A model generated the notes under the pieces. That model had not been told where the DNA came from, ran no database searches, and worked only from the letters and a program-made list of their open reading frames with translations. DNA of 64,000 bases from Macrostomum hystrix. Its lineage: Eukaryota; Animalia; Platyhelminthes. Positions 24,650 to 37,300 of this stretch are shown here, in pieces. Within the stretch, counting starts at the first letter, position 1. Each line of letters opens with the position of its first letter. Made by a program: the position numbers and the translations under genes. The stretch is taken from positions 24,552,001-24,616,000 of the forward strand of contig CATNEN010000001.1 of NCBI GenBank assembly GCA_950097015.1, written 5' to 3'.

Positions 24650-25551
24650 GTAATATCGAGCGTTTTCCAGAACGAGGTCCTGGCCATTAGCTCCTGCGCT
24701 GCGGAGCTGAACGAGAAAAACATCTCAGGCAGGACTATCATCTTTCACTCGGACAGTCAGGCTGCTCTGCAAGCCCTCTGTCACACCACCACGACCTCCC
24801 GGACAGTCTCTGACTGTGTCCGGCAGCTTAACAACCTGGCCGGTAAGAATACCGTCAGACTCCAGTGGATACCAGGGCATACCGGTTTTCCTGGAAACGA
24901 GCTTGCTGACTCCCTGGCCAAGCAGGGAGGCGCCAGCTCTGCGCCGGGCCCCTGCCCCCCGGTTCCAATTCCGAACACCGTCATCTATCGTCAGATTAAT
25001 GACTGGGCTGCCAACCTTCATCTTTCCCGGTGGAGAAGCACCATTGATTGCCGCCAATCCAAAGCGGCAGTCTCACCAGTGCCATCCACTCGGCTCCGGA
25101 AGGTCCTCCTAAACCAGACCCAGAAGGACATCCGGGCCCTCACCATGACCCTCACGGGCCATGGCTGCTACGCCAGGCACTATTTACTCCGAGGAGACCT
25201 CCGGAGTGAGCTGTGCCTGTTCTGCAACCTTGAGAACGAGGATACCCTGCACTTCGTCTGCCAATGCCCTTTCTTCACCAGAGAGAGGCTTAATCACCTC
25301 GGACCAAACCCATCCATGGACGACGTTTGCATATCCGAGAACATCCCGCGGCTCGTCCGGTTTCTAAGGGCTACCAGACGAGCATCTTTCTTCCCTAGCG
25401 AAGAGCAAGCTGCAGGAAGGACCGGCCACGGACCTCCCTGACTGGCCCCGCGCCATCGGCCGATTGCGGGTCTTTCAGGGATTAGCGGAATGGGCGACCC
25501 CCGCCTCCCCGCTGTGTCCATCGGACCGCCCTGCAGATAAGTCAAAGTCAA
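24650..25551 (+). mobile_element. 5'-truncated LINE (RNase H + CCHC finger, LOA/Lian-like) with (AAGTC)n tail and 39-bp TSD
   Basis: Open frame 24659-25441: SVFQNEVLAI, IFHSDSQAALQAL, LQWIPGHTGFPGNELADSLAKQG, LTGH, CLFC...HFVCQC. Flanking direct repeats 24611-24649 and 25552-25590 (37/39 identical). Confidence 0.9.
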
Positions 25552-25860
25552 GCCTATTAATATCCATCAATAACTTATATCCGTAATTTCTTTATCTCCC
25601 AAAATATTCGACCAATCGCCATGAAAGTGTAGAACCCGGGTTAAAATTTTGAAAAATAGCTCATCTTAAATGGCGGGAAAGTTTGATCCGAATGGCGGAA
25701 TTGCACCGAAATCAGTCATTCGGAGCTTTCGTGAAATAGCCAGTGCTGCAAAGAAGAAATTCTTTGCATTCCAAAAGACTTGAAGTTGAAACTTTTATAT
25801 TCAGAATAGAAGAAGAACTGGCATGTTATGAAAGCGTTAGACTCAGGTTCAGACTGCAGA

Positions 25861-27316
25861 TTAGCAGATGAAGGCCGTCAGCGAGGCTAGGATGGGCCGG
25901 TGGCAGACTGCACAGACTCTGGTGGCAGCGTCGCAGACAGCGCAGAGGGTGAAGTGCGCGCACGGCAGAGCCACTCGACTGCGCGGTCGAATTCGACATC
26001 GTATGCAGTGCGCATCTTCAATGGAACTCGACGACGATGTTGACGATGACGGGGCTGTCGCTGTTGTGGTGAGCTCCGGGACTGCAGCTTGCAGCTGAGA
26101 ATCTGTCGGGCAATTCGCCCGAGAGCGGCAAAAACTGTGAAGCAGCGATTCCACTGGCAAGCCGAGGGCCTCGTCAGCAGCTTCTCCCAGAGCCAGCTCG
26201 AGCTCGTGGGAGGCTTGAATGAGATCTCCCGGCCTCATTATCGGCTTGCTGCAGTCTCCGGCTGTGAAGTGCCGCCTCGCCAGTGTCATGACTAAGGCAG
26301 GCCTGGCGATCCCAAAGGACTCCGCCTGAGTCAGCGGCGCCGTCTCCATGCGGCTGAGCAGTCGCTCCGAGATGCGGCCGAATTCCAGAGCTACCTTAGC
26401 AACCAGGGCAGCTTCCGTAGCAGCCAGAGGCTCCCCACTTTGGCGGCCTCGAAGGAACAGCAACAGTCGAGCGAACTCGCAGCCCGGGCTGGCAGCCGCG
26501 TGGCTGTCAAGCCAGTGCGAGTCACGTGACTGGCAGAGCTCGGCGGTCAGCCGGCAGTCGCAGTGAAAGCAGCGCAACTGTCCGTCAGAAGCCTGCCGGA
26601 AGAAGCCAGCCGCTGATGCAGGTTCCGCTGCTCCTGATCGGCAGCGCAACAAGTAGGGCGCGAACTCGGGACGTCTGGACGTGGCAACCACGCAAAGTAA
26701 GCTGCCTGGCGGATGGAGACATTGACTTTTTGAGATCGTTTTGAGTAGACGCGAGTGACACAATTAGTACATCTGATGACCAAACTACTTGGCATCATTT
26801 TTAATTCCATATCTTGCTAACTCACAAGTAAATACACAAAATGTACTCTTCACTTTGTAGCTAACATAAACCATAAGCAACCTCCTATGCTAATAGTCTC
26901 GAAAAGATCACTAGTGTAATTGCTATTTTTAGACTGAATGCTATCGGGAAAATTGTACTTCTGATCTAAAAATAGACGCTTGTACACTCAAACAGCGGCT
27001 TCTATTTTATTTCCAGGAAATTATATAGATTTCGCTTTGCTTTTTTCTACATCTTGCTTATTGGGACTTGAAAAAAATGAATTCTTAAAATTAAAAACCG
27101 AAAAATCGAAACAGGATATGAATTCATTAGCAAGGAAATACATACGTTACTCTGAGGCTGAGGCAGCTTACCAGAGACAAACCGCATGACGTCAGAGTCG
27201 GTCTGGTTGTCAGCAGCCGAGGACAGCTGCGTCGCTTTGACCAATTCGGATGCTGGTGACAGAATATACCTGGCAATCGCCATCCAGACAGCTTCAGTGC
27301 CTATGGAAGCAGTCAT
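25861..27316 (-). CDS. Inhibitor-of-apoptosis-like protein (single BIR + C-terminal RING); probable exons 27316-27172, 26705-25861
   Basis: PEFAPYLLRCRS...AAGFF...LRCFHC...SHAAASPGCEF (BIR CCHC); IAP-type RING CIRC...ALPCAHFTLCAVC...CAVC at the extreme C-terminus. Exon 1 is inferred from a phase-compatible GTAAG donor and CAG acceptor. Confidence 0.78.
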
Positions 27317-27599
27317 TCCGGCTGTTACTGCTCATTCATGCTTTATTCATACCCTACACTACTGCTATAGATGTACTACCCACCCTCATATAGGACTGAG
27401 AGCGAAAAGAGGACCGAGAGCAGAGTTTTCGTTTTTCGATTCTCAACGCGTAGCTGCAGATTGGACAAGTTGAATAACGGACAAGCTGACTTGTACATTG
27501 TGCGATATTGAGGTCCAAAGATTCAGGATATGCCGGAGCCATTCTGGTGTTTTCAAAAAATGAATATAGAATGACGTTGAGATAGCAATTGATGGCAGG

Positions 27600-28140
27600 A
27601 TTTGATATCTAAATCACCAATAGCATGCTTATCCTCCATGCTAAGTCCTGCAAAAGCAATTAGAAACCACAGGAAAAATTTAGTTTCTCAGTTCGATACC
27701 CATTGGAGACAAAGGACACAGAACTCAAGCAAGCTGAGTCACTTCTATTACTCCTTTAAGCAATATTATTCAGCCGAAAAATATTTACAACAAATATACA
27801 ACCCGGAGTTGAGACGTACCCTATCTTCGTTTAGACTAGGAAACCATAAGCTAGCTTGCGAAACATTGCGAACTGCGAGACCGAAAATTCCGTATGAGAA
27901 TAGATTTTGTAGTAAGTGCAAAATAGAAGTTGAAAACGAGGTCCACTTCCTTTTTAAGTGCAGTTGGAATATGTATAGCGCCGCACGTTCGAATTCTGAA
28001 AAAAACATATCTAGGAAAACTCCCCATTTCGCACCCTTAACAGCAGAGGAGAAATCTAACTACATAATGGCACAAGATGATAGGGAAACCGCTGAAGCTT
28101 AGCAAAGTACATCATAGAAAACTCTAAAATTAGGTAACAG
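27600..28140 (+). mobile_element. 3' fragment of non-LTR retrotransposon ORF2
   Basis: SFRLGNHKLACET...RFCSKC...ENEVHFLFKC, the typical LINE C-terminal CCHC region. Confidence 0.75.
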
Positions 28141-30041
28141 CTGCCCTGAAGCTACGAGCTCGTATTAACATTTAACAATATATATTTCATATTTTTTTAT
28201 TCCTGGTGTCCCTTGTTTTTTTACTACGCTTATTTTTAATACCTTAGCTTTTCCCTTCCCAAGTAATCAAAGCTCAATTGTTGAATCCTACAAAACTTTG
28301 CTTTTTATGTTTTTTGTTCTCCAGTAAAATATTTGTTGTCAACAAAAAAATAAATATCTGCTCCCATAGATAGCGTGCGCGTTTTAGTAATATATTTTTA
28401 TTAATTTATATTAATTAATATAGATATAATAATTAAATAAAATAAAAAATATTGTAGTAGGTGAATAATTCTACCGTATTTTTCATTTTTTAGTTTACGC
28501 GAACGCGAAAAGAAATTTAATACTTGTTTGAATGCACCGATTGTTTTAATGCACTGGGAAAACCACCCCTCCACTCTACTATATATACGCGCATTTTTGG
28601 GAGTAGAAAACCCAACTTGCAGACGTTCCACGGACGTTTTCAAAGCTAAAAGACAAAGTTTCCAAAACTTGTTAATTCTTTAGTAAGCTGGAAAGCTATA
28701 ATCTCAGACAACAGAAGTCGTATTGAATAGTAAAGAAAAAGGGTTGGATCCGAAATAAGTGTGCATAAGCCTGTAAAGTGTGTGATAAAGACAACCTATA
28801 AAGGGATTGCAATAAATAAACAAGCCTGTACAGGGTGAGGAGAGAACGAGTGTTTCCATAGTGAGTACATGGGTAAACTGATACCCTCCGATCCATTGGT
28901 AGCCTTGCATTGGGACTGGAAAAGTTAAATAAGACTTTGTGTCACTAATACACATATATGAGTTATTCATATTAACAAAGTGAAGAAAGTGTCTTACCGC
29001 TCGGACACTCATATGCTACCATAGAAACAACAGACACTCTAATTATATGTGTTATAACTGGTTAAATACAGACAAGTATAAATAAGAAGAAGAGCCCTCC
29101 AACAATATCATCAGATAAAAGCTATAAAGGTACACTAGGTACCTAAAACAGTTTTACAGAGAGGTTTTCAGTCGGTGTTGTGTTTAAGTTTTGCCGATGT
29201 CATCAATCTGTTACAAAAATGCAATTCAGAGCCATTCGTCAATTCGCCTATTGAAGAAATGAGCGACATTTTAAATTTAGATTAAAGTTTTAAGTTTAAA
29301 TTACACGACATAAAGGTCGTTATCTTAATGGGCTGTAATAGCCTAGCATTGTCCATAGTCGAGTGAGCCGTGGCGCGCTCATCATTATTGTGACAGAACG
29401 GATGTATGCAGCATTGTTATTTTATTCTCAGTGTATTATCTGAAATATCTTCTAAACTTCCATTCCATTCGATCTACTGACTGCCAAGTAGAGCAATATA
29501 AGTATTTCTAACTACGCCTAGCAGGCATTTTACAACTACCTGCCCTTCCGTGAGATTAACACTCGAGTTGTCAATCATCGAATCAAAAAAAAATTCTATC
29601 AATCAAAATCGAGCCGGTTCGGGTAGAAAACCCTGCGCACTTTCCTTTACCAGTACTTAACTCAAGTTAAAACAAATATTTCATCTAAAAAATGTTTGAG
29701 AAGAGAGTGGAACACTCTTAAATACTAGATAAAAACAAAGAGTTTCCGCCGTCACAAAAATATTCGTAAATGGACTTGAGTCCATTTCAAATGTTGATGA
29801 CTGGCTCATACGTGACCAACTTGTCAAAGGATTGATAGGATTGAAAAACTTGAAAAGATTTTCACAACTTTTGCGAAAGTGAAAAGTGAAAGAATTCCCG
29901 TGAAAAGCGTTGAACAGAAGAATTGTGCGCTGGACTCCTTATCCTTACTTTTACAGCAATGTCACAATGGCTATCAGTACCGAGATACAGGTGAATCTTT
30001 CTCAGGTGGATCTGACAGATTCTGGTCGCATTGGCATGGAG

Positions 30042-31059
30042 TTATTTGGGCTGCCGAACGGTATTGATCAGGTCGGCAGGCGGATTTTCTTCTTTGAGCA
30101 GGTGGCACAGCTGCGGCTGCTGGAGAAGATCACCGCCAGACAGTCATCAATGATGTTGCATTTGAAGACGCACTCGACGCTCGATCTGGCGGAGATGGTC
30201 CGAAGTGACGGCTGCCCGGAAGAAGTCAATTGCCTCGACTTCACATCCAGCGTGAAAACACCATCTTAAACAAGTTGAAAAAATATTTTTTTCGACGCAG
30301 CACAAACATTTCATCAATAGATGATAGAGAATCATTATTTAATCTGTAGCTAGAGGTGCGGCCTCCAAGCTAGAGGTTAAGCTAGAGGGTGTGTTCACTA
30401 GTTCACAAGTCGGACTCACGACTTGAAGGTCGGGGGTTCGATTCCTGACTCCACTAGAACAATTTGTGTCCTTTAGCAGGACACTTAACTCTGCATTGCT
30501 TGGGTTCACCCAGCTGTTAAATGGGATAAGCTGGGATAATTGAAGGTAGGTGTGGCGTCCCCCCAGTCCATGGACTGATCAGCCGTACGCAGCCTTCTCT
30601 GCAGATGCGCCACGCAGTAGCTGCGGCTGTGCTGTCGGCTGCACATCTGGCCCAATTGGACGGTTGTAATCAATTATTATTATTAATTAATCTAAAGCGG
30701 ACTCACTTCTGTACTGCTGAGCGAAGATCGAGTTTCGCCATCTGGCACCGCACTTCTGCGCTACGTTGCCCACGCAGGGAGTGTCGCAGTCGTTTTCGCT
30801 GACTGCTCCGTGCAATCCGTAGGAGTTTCCGCAGAAGCACTGTGTGCCAGTCTCCAGACCGAAGTAGCGAAACTTGCCCTGTGAGCAGAAACTGCTGCAC
30901 GACTCATGCGTCATGCTGTCGGAGCCCACAGTTGCTGCGCTCAGGTCTCTAGGACTGCCATCCTTGAAGCAGCCGACATAAAGAAAATCGAACGGCGCCT
31001 CGAACGATGAGTGCTAGGAGAGCACAGACCGCAATGAAAAGCTGTAGGGAGTGCTTCAT
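30042..31059 (-). pseudogene. Paralog of the WSC+PAN gene with two 1-bp frameshifts; exons 31059-30707, 30264-30042
   Basis: Signal peptide MKHSLQLFIAVCALLAL; extra T at ~30980-30982 before YVGCFKD; WSC domain; same phase-1 intron position; one base missing near 30120 before LCHLL. Confidence 0.75.
30360..30660 (+). mobile_element. tRNA-derived SINE with CORE-like central domain, copy 1 (intron of WSC paralog)
   Basis: B-box GGTTCGATTCC; TGTGTCCTT..CAGGACACTTAAC...CACCCAGCTGTTAAATGGG; shared 3' part GTGGCGTCCCCCCAGTCCATGGACTG. Confidence 0.75.
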
Positions 31060-32359
31060 TTTAGACTGTACAGTTTCTTTTGAAGAGCGAGATTCTCATT
31101 TGCTCTTATAGTTTTCTCTTAGGAGGTGGCAAAATTCTAAAACAGAAATTTCATTGGTTTTCAATTGGGTTCCAAGTGCCCCAATGGCTACAGTAATGTA
31201 GTAAGTGGTGTGGTGAGTAGTGTGGTTGTGAGAAGTAGGGTGGTGAGTAGTGGGATTGTGTGAGCAGTGAGGTGGTGATTTGTGTGGTGGTGAGTAAAGT
31301 AAATAGTAAAAAGAACTGTAACAAATTCTATAAAAATTTCAAGTGCTTAAGCCGAATTATAATCGAAGAAAAAATGGAATTAAGATGAAAACTATTTCTT
31401 GACTATATTCTTTATTTTATGGTATAGCCATCAGTAAGTTATGGTATAACTTACGAAAATATTGTGTTCATTGTCTTCAGTAACAATACTTTTTTGCTAT
31501 TAGCCATAGTTTGTTTGTATGCAGAACAACAACTTTTGAATTTGGCAAACGCATGTCGTGCGCACTCGCAATTATTAATGTTTTAAGATTCGTGTTTAGT
31601 GCAGCAAGCGTTTCTGTTCCATAAGTATAACATTATATTAGATAATTTTACCCTCTGTTTTATACAACATTAACTTTCACAGTTACAAACTCCACATAAA
31701 TTTCGACAGTATATCGCTTTTAGACTTTTTAATGAATACTAAACTATTAGTGATTGATTTCAAACTTACATGACTAATAGGTTGTCAACCCACTGTCTGT
31801 TGTAGCTTAGGGCCAACTTATATTTTTATATGTAAATAAAATTAGTTTAATATAGTTGTTACAAGTTTGCTCATAGTTTTCAGGAGAAAAATAAAAACTT
31901 GTGTGCCCTGTGAATCTATGATTCTACAAATTTTATAGCCAATAGTTTTAAGAACAAATTGACTGTCTATATATCATTCATGCACTTAATTGAACAATCT
32001 GGTTGTTGCTGTCATCATTTTTGCAGTAAAAAATCAGCACTTTTGAAGTGTGTGCATAATAATAATAAAATAATAATTAACATTCATCATTATTTTCATT
32101 GTGTCTCATTCTCATATAATAGGGTAGGCCTACTTACAAAAGCCCTGGCCTTACTTAGGTTAGGCTAGGCCCACCCTATAATAAATAGGATCATCTTCAA
32201 TAGTTTTTGACTATTTTGAAGTTTAGTCCTATTTGATTTTCCCCCATACTCATATTTAATAAGAGAGGAAATTACAAATCACATTGTATTTCTATACTAA
32301 GGTTTGGCCTATGGCCTAGACTATGACTATGTATTAGAAGTTTTTTAAATTGACAAATT

Positions 32360-34100
32360 TAAACTGATAAATCTGATAAATTTAAACAACTGAAAGTGAT
32401 GCAGCCTGCTTGAAGATAGATGGAAATGTTTTGCAGACCAATGAAGTCGCAACCTAGGATCACATATGCTGGGTGCAGCTTCTCTAGCATGACGAAATGA
32501 TGTTTGACTTGCACAGTTCCATTTTCCATTGTAAGCATTGTCTCCCCCAGCACTGGTTGCTGTTTTCTGTCTACACCTCTAATTGTGATGTTGGGCTATA
32601 GCCGCCACCTATCTTTTGTCAGATGTTGGCATTGATGTAGGACACTTCAGCTCCTGTGTCTAACAAGCAGTGGCACTGAATGTTTGAAGATAAGTACCGT
32701 TACAAAGTGTGCATGGCTAGGTTGGCAGCTACTAGGGAGTGGAACAGAGGCCAAGTGATTTATTGCTGAGAGGGCCAGTCATGGCCTCATGGACTAGTCT
32801 ACTCAGCATTTGGCCAATGGCAATGGATATGGCCCAGTTGACCATAGCCAAAACAGACTGAGCCAGTACTTGCTGTTGCCTGTTGATGCTGTCTATTCTT
32901 GTCAGTTTGCAGTTGGGTCATTTGTTGCCTAGCTGGTGCAGGTGCTCTAGCTGGCATAGGCATAGACTCAGGGTTTCTGGATGGCATTGAGAAACTTTGC
33001 TGTAGGAACTCACTAGTAGCCATAAATGCCCACGTCTTGCGAAGCTGTTGGGCAATCTGCAGAGCATTTTTTGCATTTGGTGGCACTGGTTGGTTGAGTA
33101 GTCTCTCCCTGACATAGTAATCAGCAAGTCCATACATGAACTGTTCAAGGACCAGTTGCTGCACATAGGCCTGGGCTCCAGTATCCGGGTAGGCCCTCAC
33201 TGCCAGTCATTGCAGTTTAGTCATGTACTTCTCGAAGCTTTCCTCTGGATGATGATGACGGGCCCAAAATTTGCGACAAAGCAGTGCTGCACTTTTCAAT
33301 CCACCATGACACAATTGGAGGTGCTCGCTAAGCTTCTTGTATGAGAGCTCTGGCAGCTAGTTGGGCATTGCGACAGTTGGGAGGCCAAAATGCACGTATT
33401 GCATTGCCAACCATGTCATGTAGGTTGGAAATGCTAGGTATGATAATATAGTACTAACTTTATCTACACCCAGGAAGCATAGGAAGTAACTCATGTAGGC
33501 CCCAATCAGGACCAAAAAGTCTTCTTTGTCATTAAATGCCGCCATCTGGGGCACGTGTGGCAACACTGGGGCTAAACACTGTGGCACGCCAACACAGGCA
33601 AGCTGTGGGTGGTCCTGCAGATGAGGCCATCAATGGCAGAGTTAGGGATGCTGGTGTTGATCAAAGCTTGGCAGAAATGGATTCGTGGGTACTGACAATT
33701 AGACAACAGAAGCATGCATAATTTGCTGATTCTCGTCAGTGTCAGGTGGCAGAAATGGGTTGGTTGAAAGGGCTGCCTCTGATAGCATTGCAGAGTGGTA
33801 CTGTGACTGTGAACCGGCAGCATTGGTTTCTTCACTAACCAATGAATTTGCTCCACTGGAAGCATAATCAAGCTGTCACACAAGTTGGCCTTGCAGCTCT
33901 TAAAATTTATCCACATCCAGGTTTGGGTCGTTCCACATTAGGATGAGTTGCGTGGTCGCCAAATGTAAACTCCTGTGCCCCTTGATCTGACGGTTTGAAA
34001 AATAATGATCAAAGCACAGTTGTTTACCCAGCAAAGTCTAAAAAAGTGTGAAGAGCCGTGACAATTTATTATTTTTGTTTACTAAATTTTTAGTTGTTTA
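32360..34100 (-). mobile_element. Decayed Ty3/Gypsy LTR retrotransposon 5' half (LTR end, PBS, gag, protease)
   Basis: Minus strand ...ACA-TT-TGGCGACCACG (PBS, 33961-33951, complementary to a tRNA-Arg 3' end); gag LEQFMYGL and degenerate knuckle CFGYGQLGHIHCHWP; protease CLLDTGAEVS at ~32670-32641. Confidence 0.8.
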
Positions 34101-34329
34101 CTATTTTTTAATAAAGACATTATTTGAAAATAAACAATGCTAGACATTTGACTGACTTCAAAGTGCGCATGGCTAGGTTGGCAGCTACTAGTGTTGTACC
34201 GGTAACAATGCTAACAATGCGGGATCCGGCGAACTCCAATATGAAGTCCAAGAATACTAGGTAGTGTAGTAGTAGCACTGCCACCAGGGCGTCAGGACTT
34301 CTGCCTTCGGTGAGGTGAAGGATCCTTGG

Positions 34330-37300
34330 CAGTGTTGCCACTGACTGATTTCGAAAAAAAACGCAGGCCGAAAAAAATAACGCCAACTTTTTTTCTCATA
34401 AAAAGGACTTCCTTGCTAGCCGTATCACTGTTACCGGATTCGAATATTGTACTTATATTGTATCTATTGCATGTATATTGTGTCTGGTGACTTCTGACAC
34501 AGCGGCACTCATTCCAAAAATGCCAAAGACGAAAAACCAGTAGTTACTTGTTAGCAAATTTCGAGCAAAAATTATAATAATTAGTTTTTCTTCTTCTTAG
34601 GCACATGGGGAAGGCGTGCAAGAGCAGCGTTCTCCGCTTGTCGCTTCAGCCTTGCTGCTTCCTCGGCTGTGCGCTGAACGACTTGGTCCATTGCACGCTG
34701 TTCAATGACAAGCCGCTCAGACTCAAATTGTGACAGCCGAACAGAAACGGCCGTATCTTCTCCCTGTGCTTTGCGCAGCCTGTCAATCGCAATTTGAACG
34801 TCTCGCTCGGCTTCAATGCACTTTGCCGTAGTCTCCGCTTTCTTCGCGACCTGCTGGCTCTGTTCCTGAGCGAGGCGTTCGAGTGCATCTTTTCGCTCAG
34901 CGTTCTATAATGTTGCGGGAAATATTGAATTAAATACAGTAATATAAATTCATTATAAAAAGTAATTAATGTTTTCACGGAATGTTTTTACCTTCTCAGC
35001 TTCTCGGCGCAACTTCTCTTGTTCTGCTTCAGCTGCCTTTTTAATTACTGCCAGTTCACTTGCCTTTTTTTCAGCAGCCATTCGCTGCTTGTACTCGGAA
35101 CTCGCCTTTAAAAAGGCCTGGATTAGTTCATCAGGAATCGGCACATTTTTTGGTTTAAGGCTACGAGCACACAAAAAGCTGCGAGCTAAAAGTGAGTCTC
35201 GGAGCTTTTCGTCCGAGAGTCGATTTCGCTTTGGATTGGCGCTAGCGTCGTGGGACTTTCCGATGAACCGCTCTGCATCTGCGTTTCCATGAAACAGGGT
35301 GCAGCATGCAGAAGCAAGACGCGATAAAAGCGGGTATCGACCAGTCTTGGCAGCCTTCCTCCAACCACCAGCAATGTCGTGATTGTCAGGCAAAAGGAGA
35401 TCGCCGGCGTTGGTTCGCAGATTTAGTAGCCTAACCTCAGTTTGGAGGCTACTAATGTCGCTAGCTGGAACGACTAGAAGAAGCTTTTTAGCAACGAACA
35501 GCACAGCCTCTTCATCGACTTCAGTTGTGAAGTCCAGAAACTTCATGCAGCGCAGAACTTTCTTCTTGAGCGGCAGCTTCTCCTGCAAGTAGGTTGCCAC
35601 CGCTAGGTAAAACTGCTTAAAGCGAAAAAGTAGCGGCTTTTGCCGATCAGGCAGAGTAGCTTGCTGGCCAATTACAATCTTTGTCATGGGTAAATGCAGA
35701 CTTTGATCTTTAAAGTCGACGAATGCAACCGACTTCTTCTCAAAGGCAGATGGTTGTATAAACTGGATGGCAATGGCTTCAAGCAAGGCGGTCATCTCCG
35801 GATGCAGCCGGTGAATTAGGACTGTACAGCTTTCTTGGAGCAGTTTCTCAAAGCGGCTTGCAAGCTTTAGAGCGTGGATCATAAATCGGACGCAAACCAG
35901 TGTGTCCGGGTTTTGGATGGCAGCTCGGAGTCTTCGCATGCGGTCAGAATTGTCGTCAGATTGCGAAAGGAAGAGAGATAGAGGAACCCACTGCTCCTCT
36001 ATGCGCTCCAAGCAGGGAAGGAGAATGAGCCATCGTAACTCCACGTTCCGCTTGAAGGAAAGCTGTGCCATGCCAATTTGTTCTTGCAGGGCCTTGAATT
36101 CCTTTCGACGAGTAATGCTTCTGCTGAAGCAGGCAAAAATGTCGTCAGCAAGGTCGGACACTTCAGAAAGATGACAGTCTGAAGCCTTTCGAAATGCGTT
36201 GGCAACAATGTGCAGTGTGCAGCTACCTATGTCAAGTAGATGTTCGAGCTCAGGAGTTTGACGCAAGATTGCAGACACCCCGGCGTGTTCGCCAACCGTG
36301 AAGGCTAGCTAGCAGATCACGCTGCAACCATCGGAAAAATTTCCAATCCATTTCGATAAAGGGAGCTTGCTGTCCAAAACGCACTGTCGAATTAGTTGCG
36401 CACATGAAGCAGCGTCGTGGCCTTCCAGAGGAAGTTGGTTGAGCATCTCGACCACAACACTGCCCTCAGAATTAAGATAACGTACGCAAATCATCATAAG
36501 ACCGTCACTCTCATCATAGCTGATGGAGTAAAAGCCGAATGACGATTCTAGTGCATCCACACCCACAATCGACTCAGTTATTTTTTGCTGCACAAAAGGA
36601 ACGATCGCGAATGACAGCAAGTAGGCCTGCTTGGTGCGGGCACAAGAAAAGCTTGCAGCGATTTTAGAATCCGAAAACATGGCTCGGAATAAATCAGGGC
36701 TGTCGTCCTCCGTGTTAAAGCTCTTCGATTTGTATGCCGAGTTCCACACCCAGCGAATTTCGGCTGCAGTCGTTTTGATTGACTTGTCATCGCTACTACT
36801 AGCTGCTGGATCTTTCTGTTTAGTGCAGAAGGATGCGATTGACTTCTGCTTCTGCTGCAGTGCTGTAGCTGCATTTGCTTCGTGAATTTTTGCTTTCATG
36901 TGCTGTTTGATGGCGGAAATTCCACCGCTTCCAACATGTATCGGTCTATCGCAGAAAAGGCAGAACGCGTCTGTATTGACTTTACCCTTCGTCAACCATT
37001 TCTCTGCTTCTAGGGAAACAATCCAAGCGGCGTCGAAAGTTGTTAGCCGGGTTCGCTTTGAATCGTTCGACGCAGTGCTCATGCTCACAGAAATTATTCT
37101 TTGTTGTTGTTGTCTGGAGTTTAAAATCAGCTTATGATTGAAATGCATATGAAAATACTTAAGTTAAAATGGCAATGTCAGGTATGCTAATAATAACCTA
37201 TGGTATTGGGTGAGGGCGATTCTGTGGTGTTGAGGGCGGTTCTGTGGGTTCAAGGGCAATTCTGTGGGGTATTTTTAGTGGTTTTTAAATGTTACTAAGC

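Noticed and set aside
26547-26810. Alternative IAP N-terminus via frameshift
   Set aside because: The BIR N-terminal helix (PEFAPYLLRCRS) is already in the main frame, and a phase-compatible upstream exon exists
30400-30460. tRNA gene (also ~21285-21320, ~42420, ~57710, ~62120)
   Set aside because: Only A/B-box remnants with no complete cloverleaf; these are SINE heads
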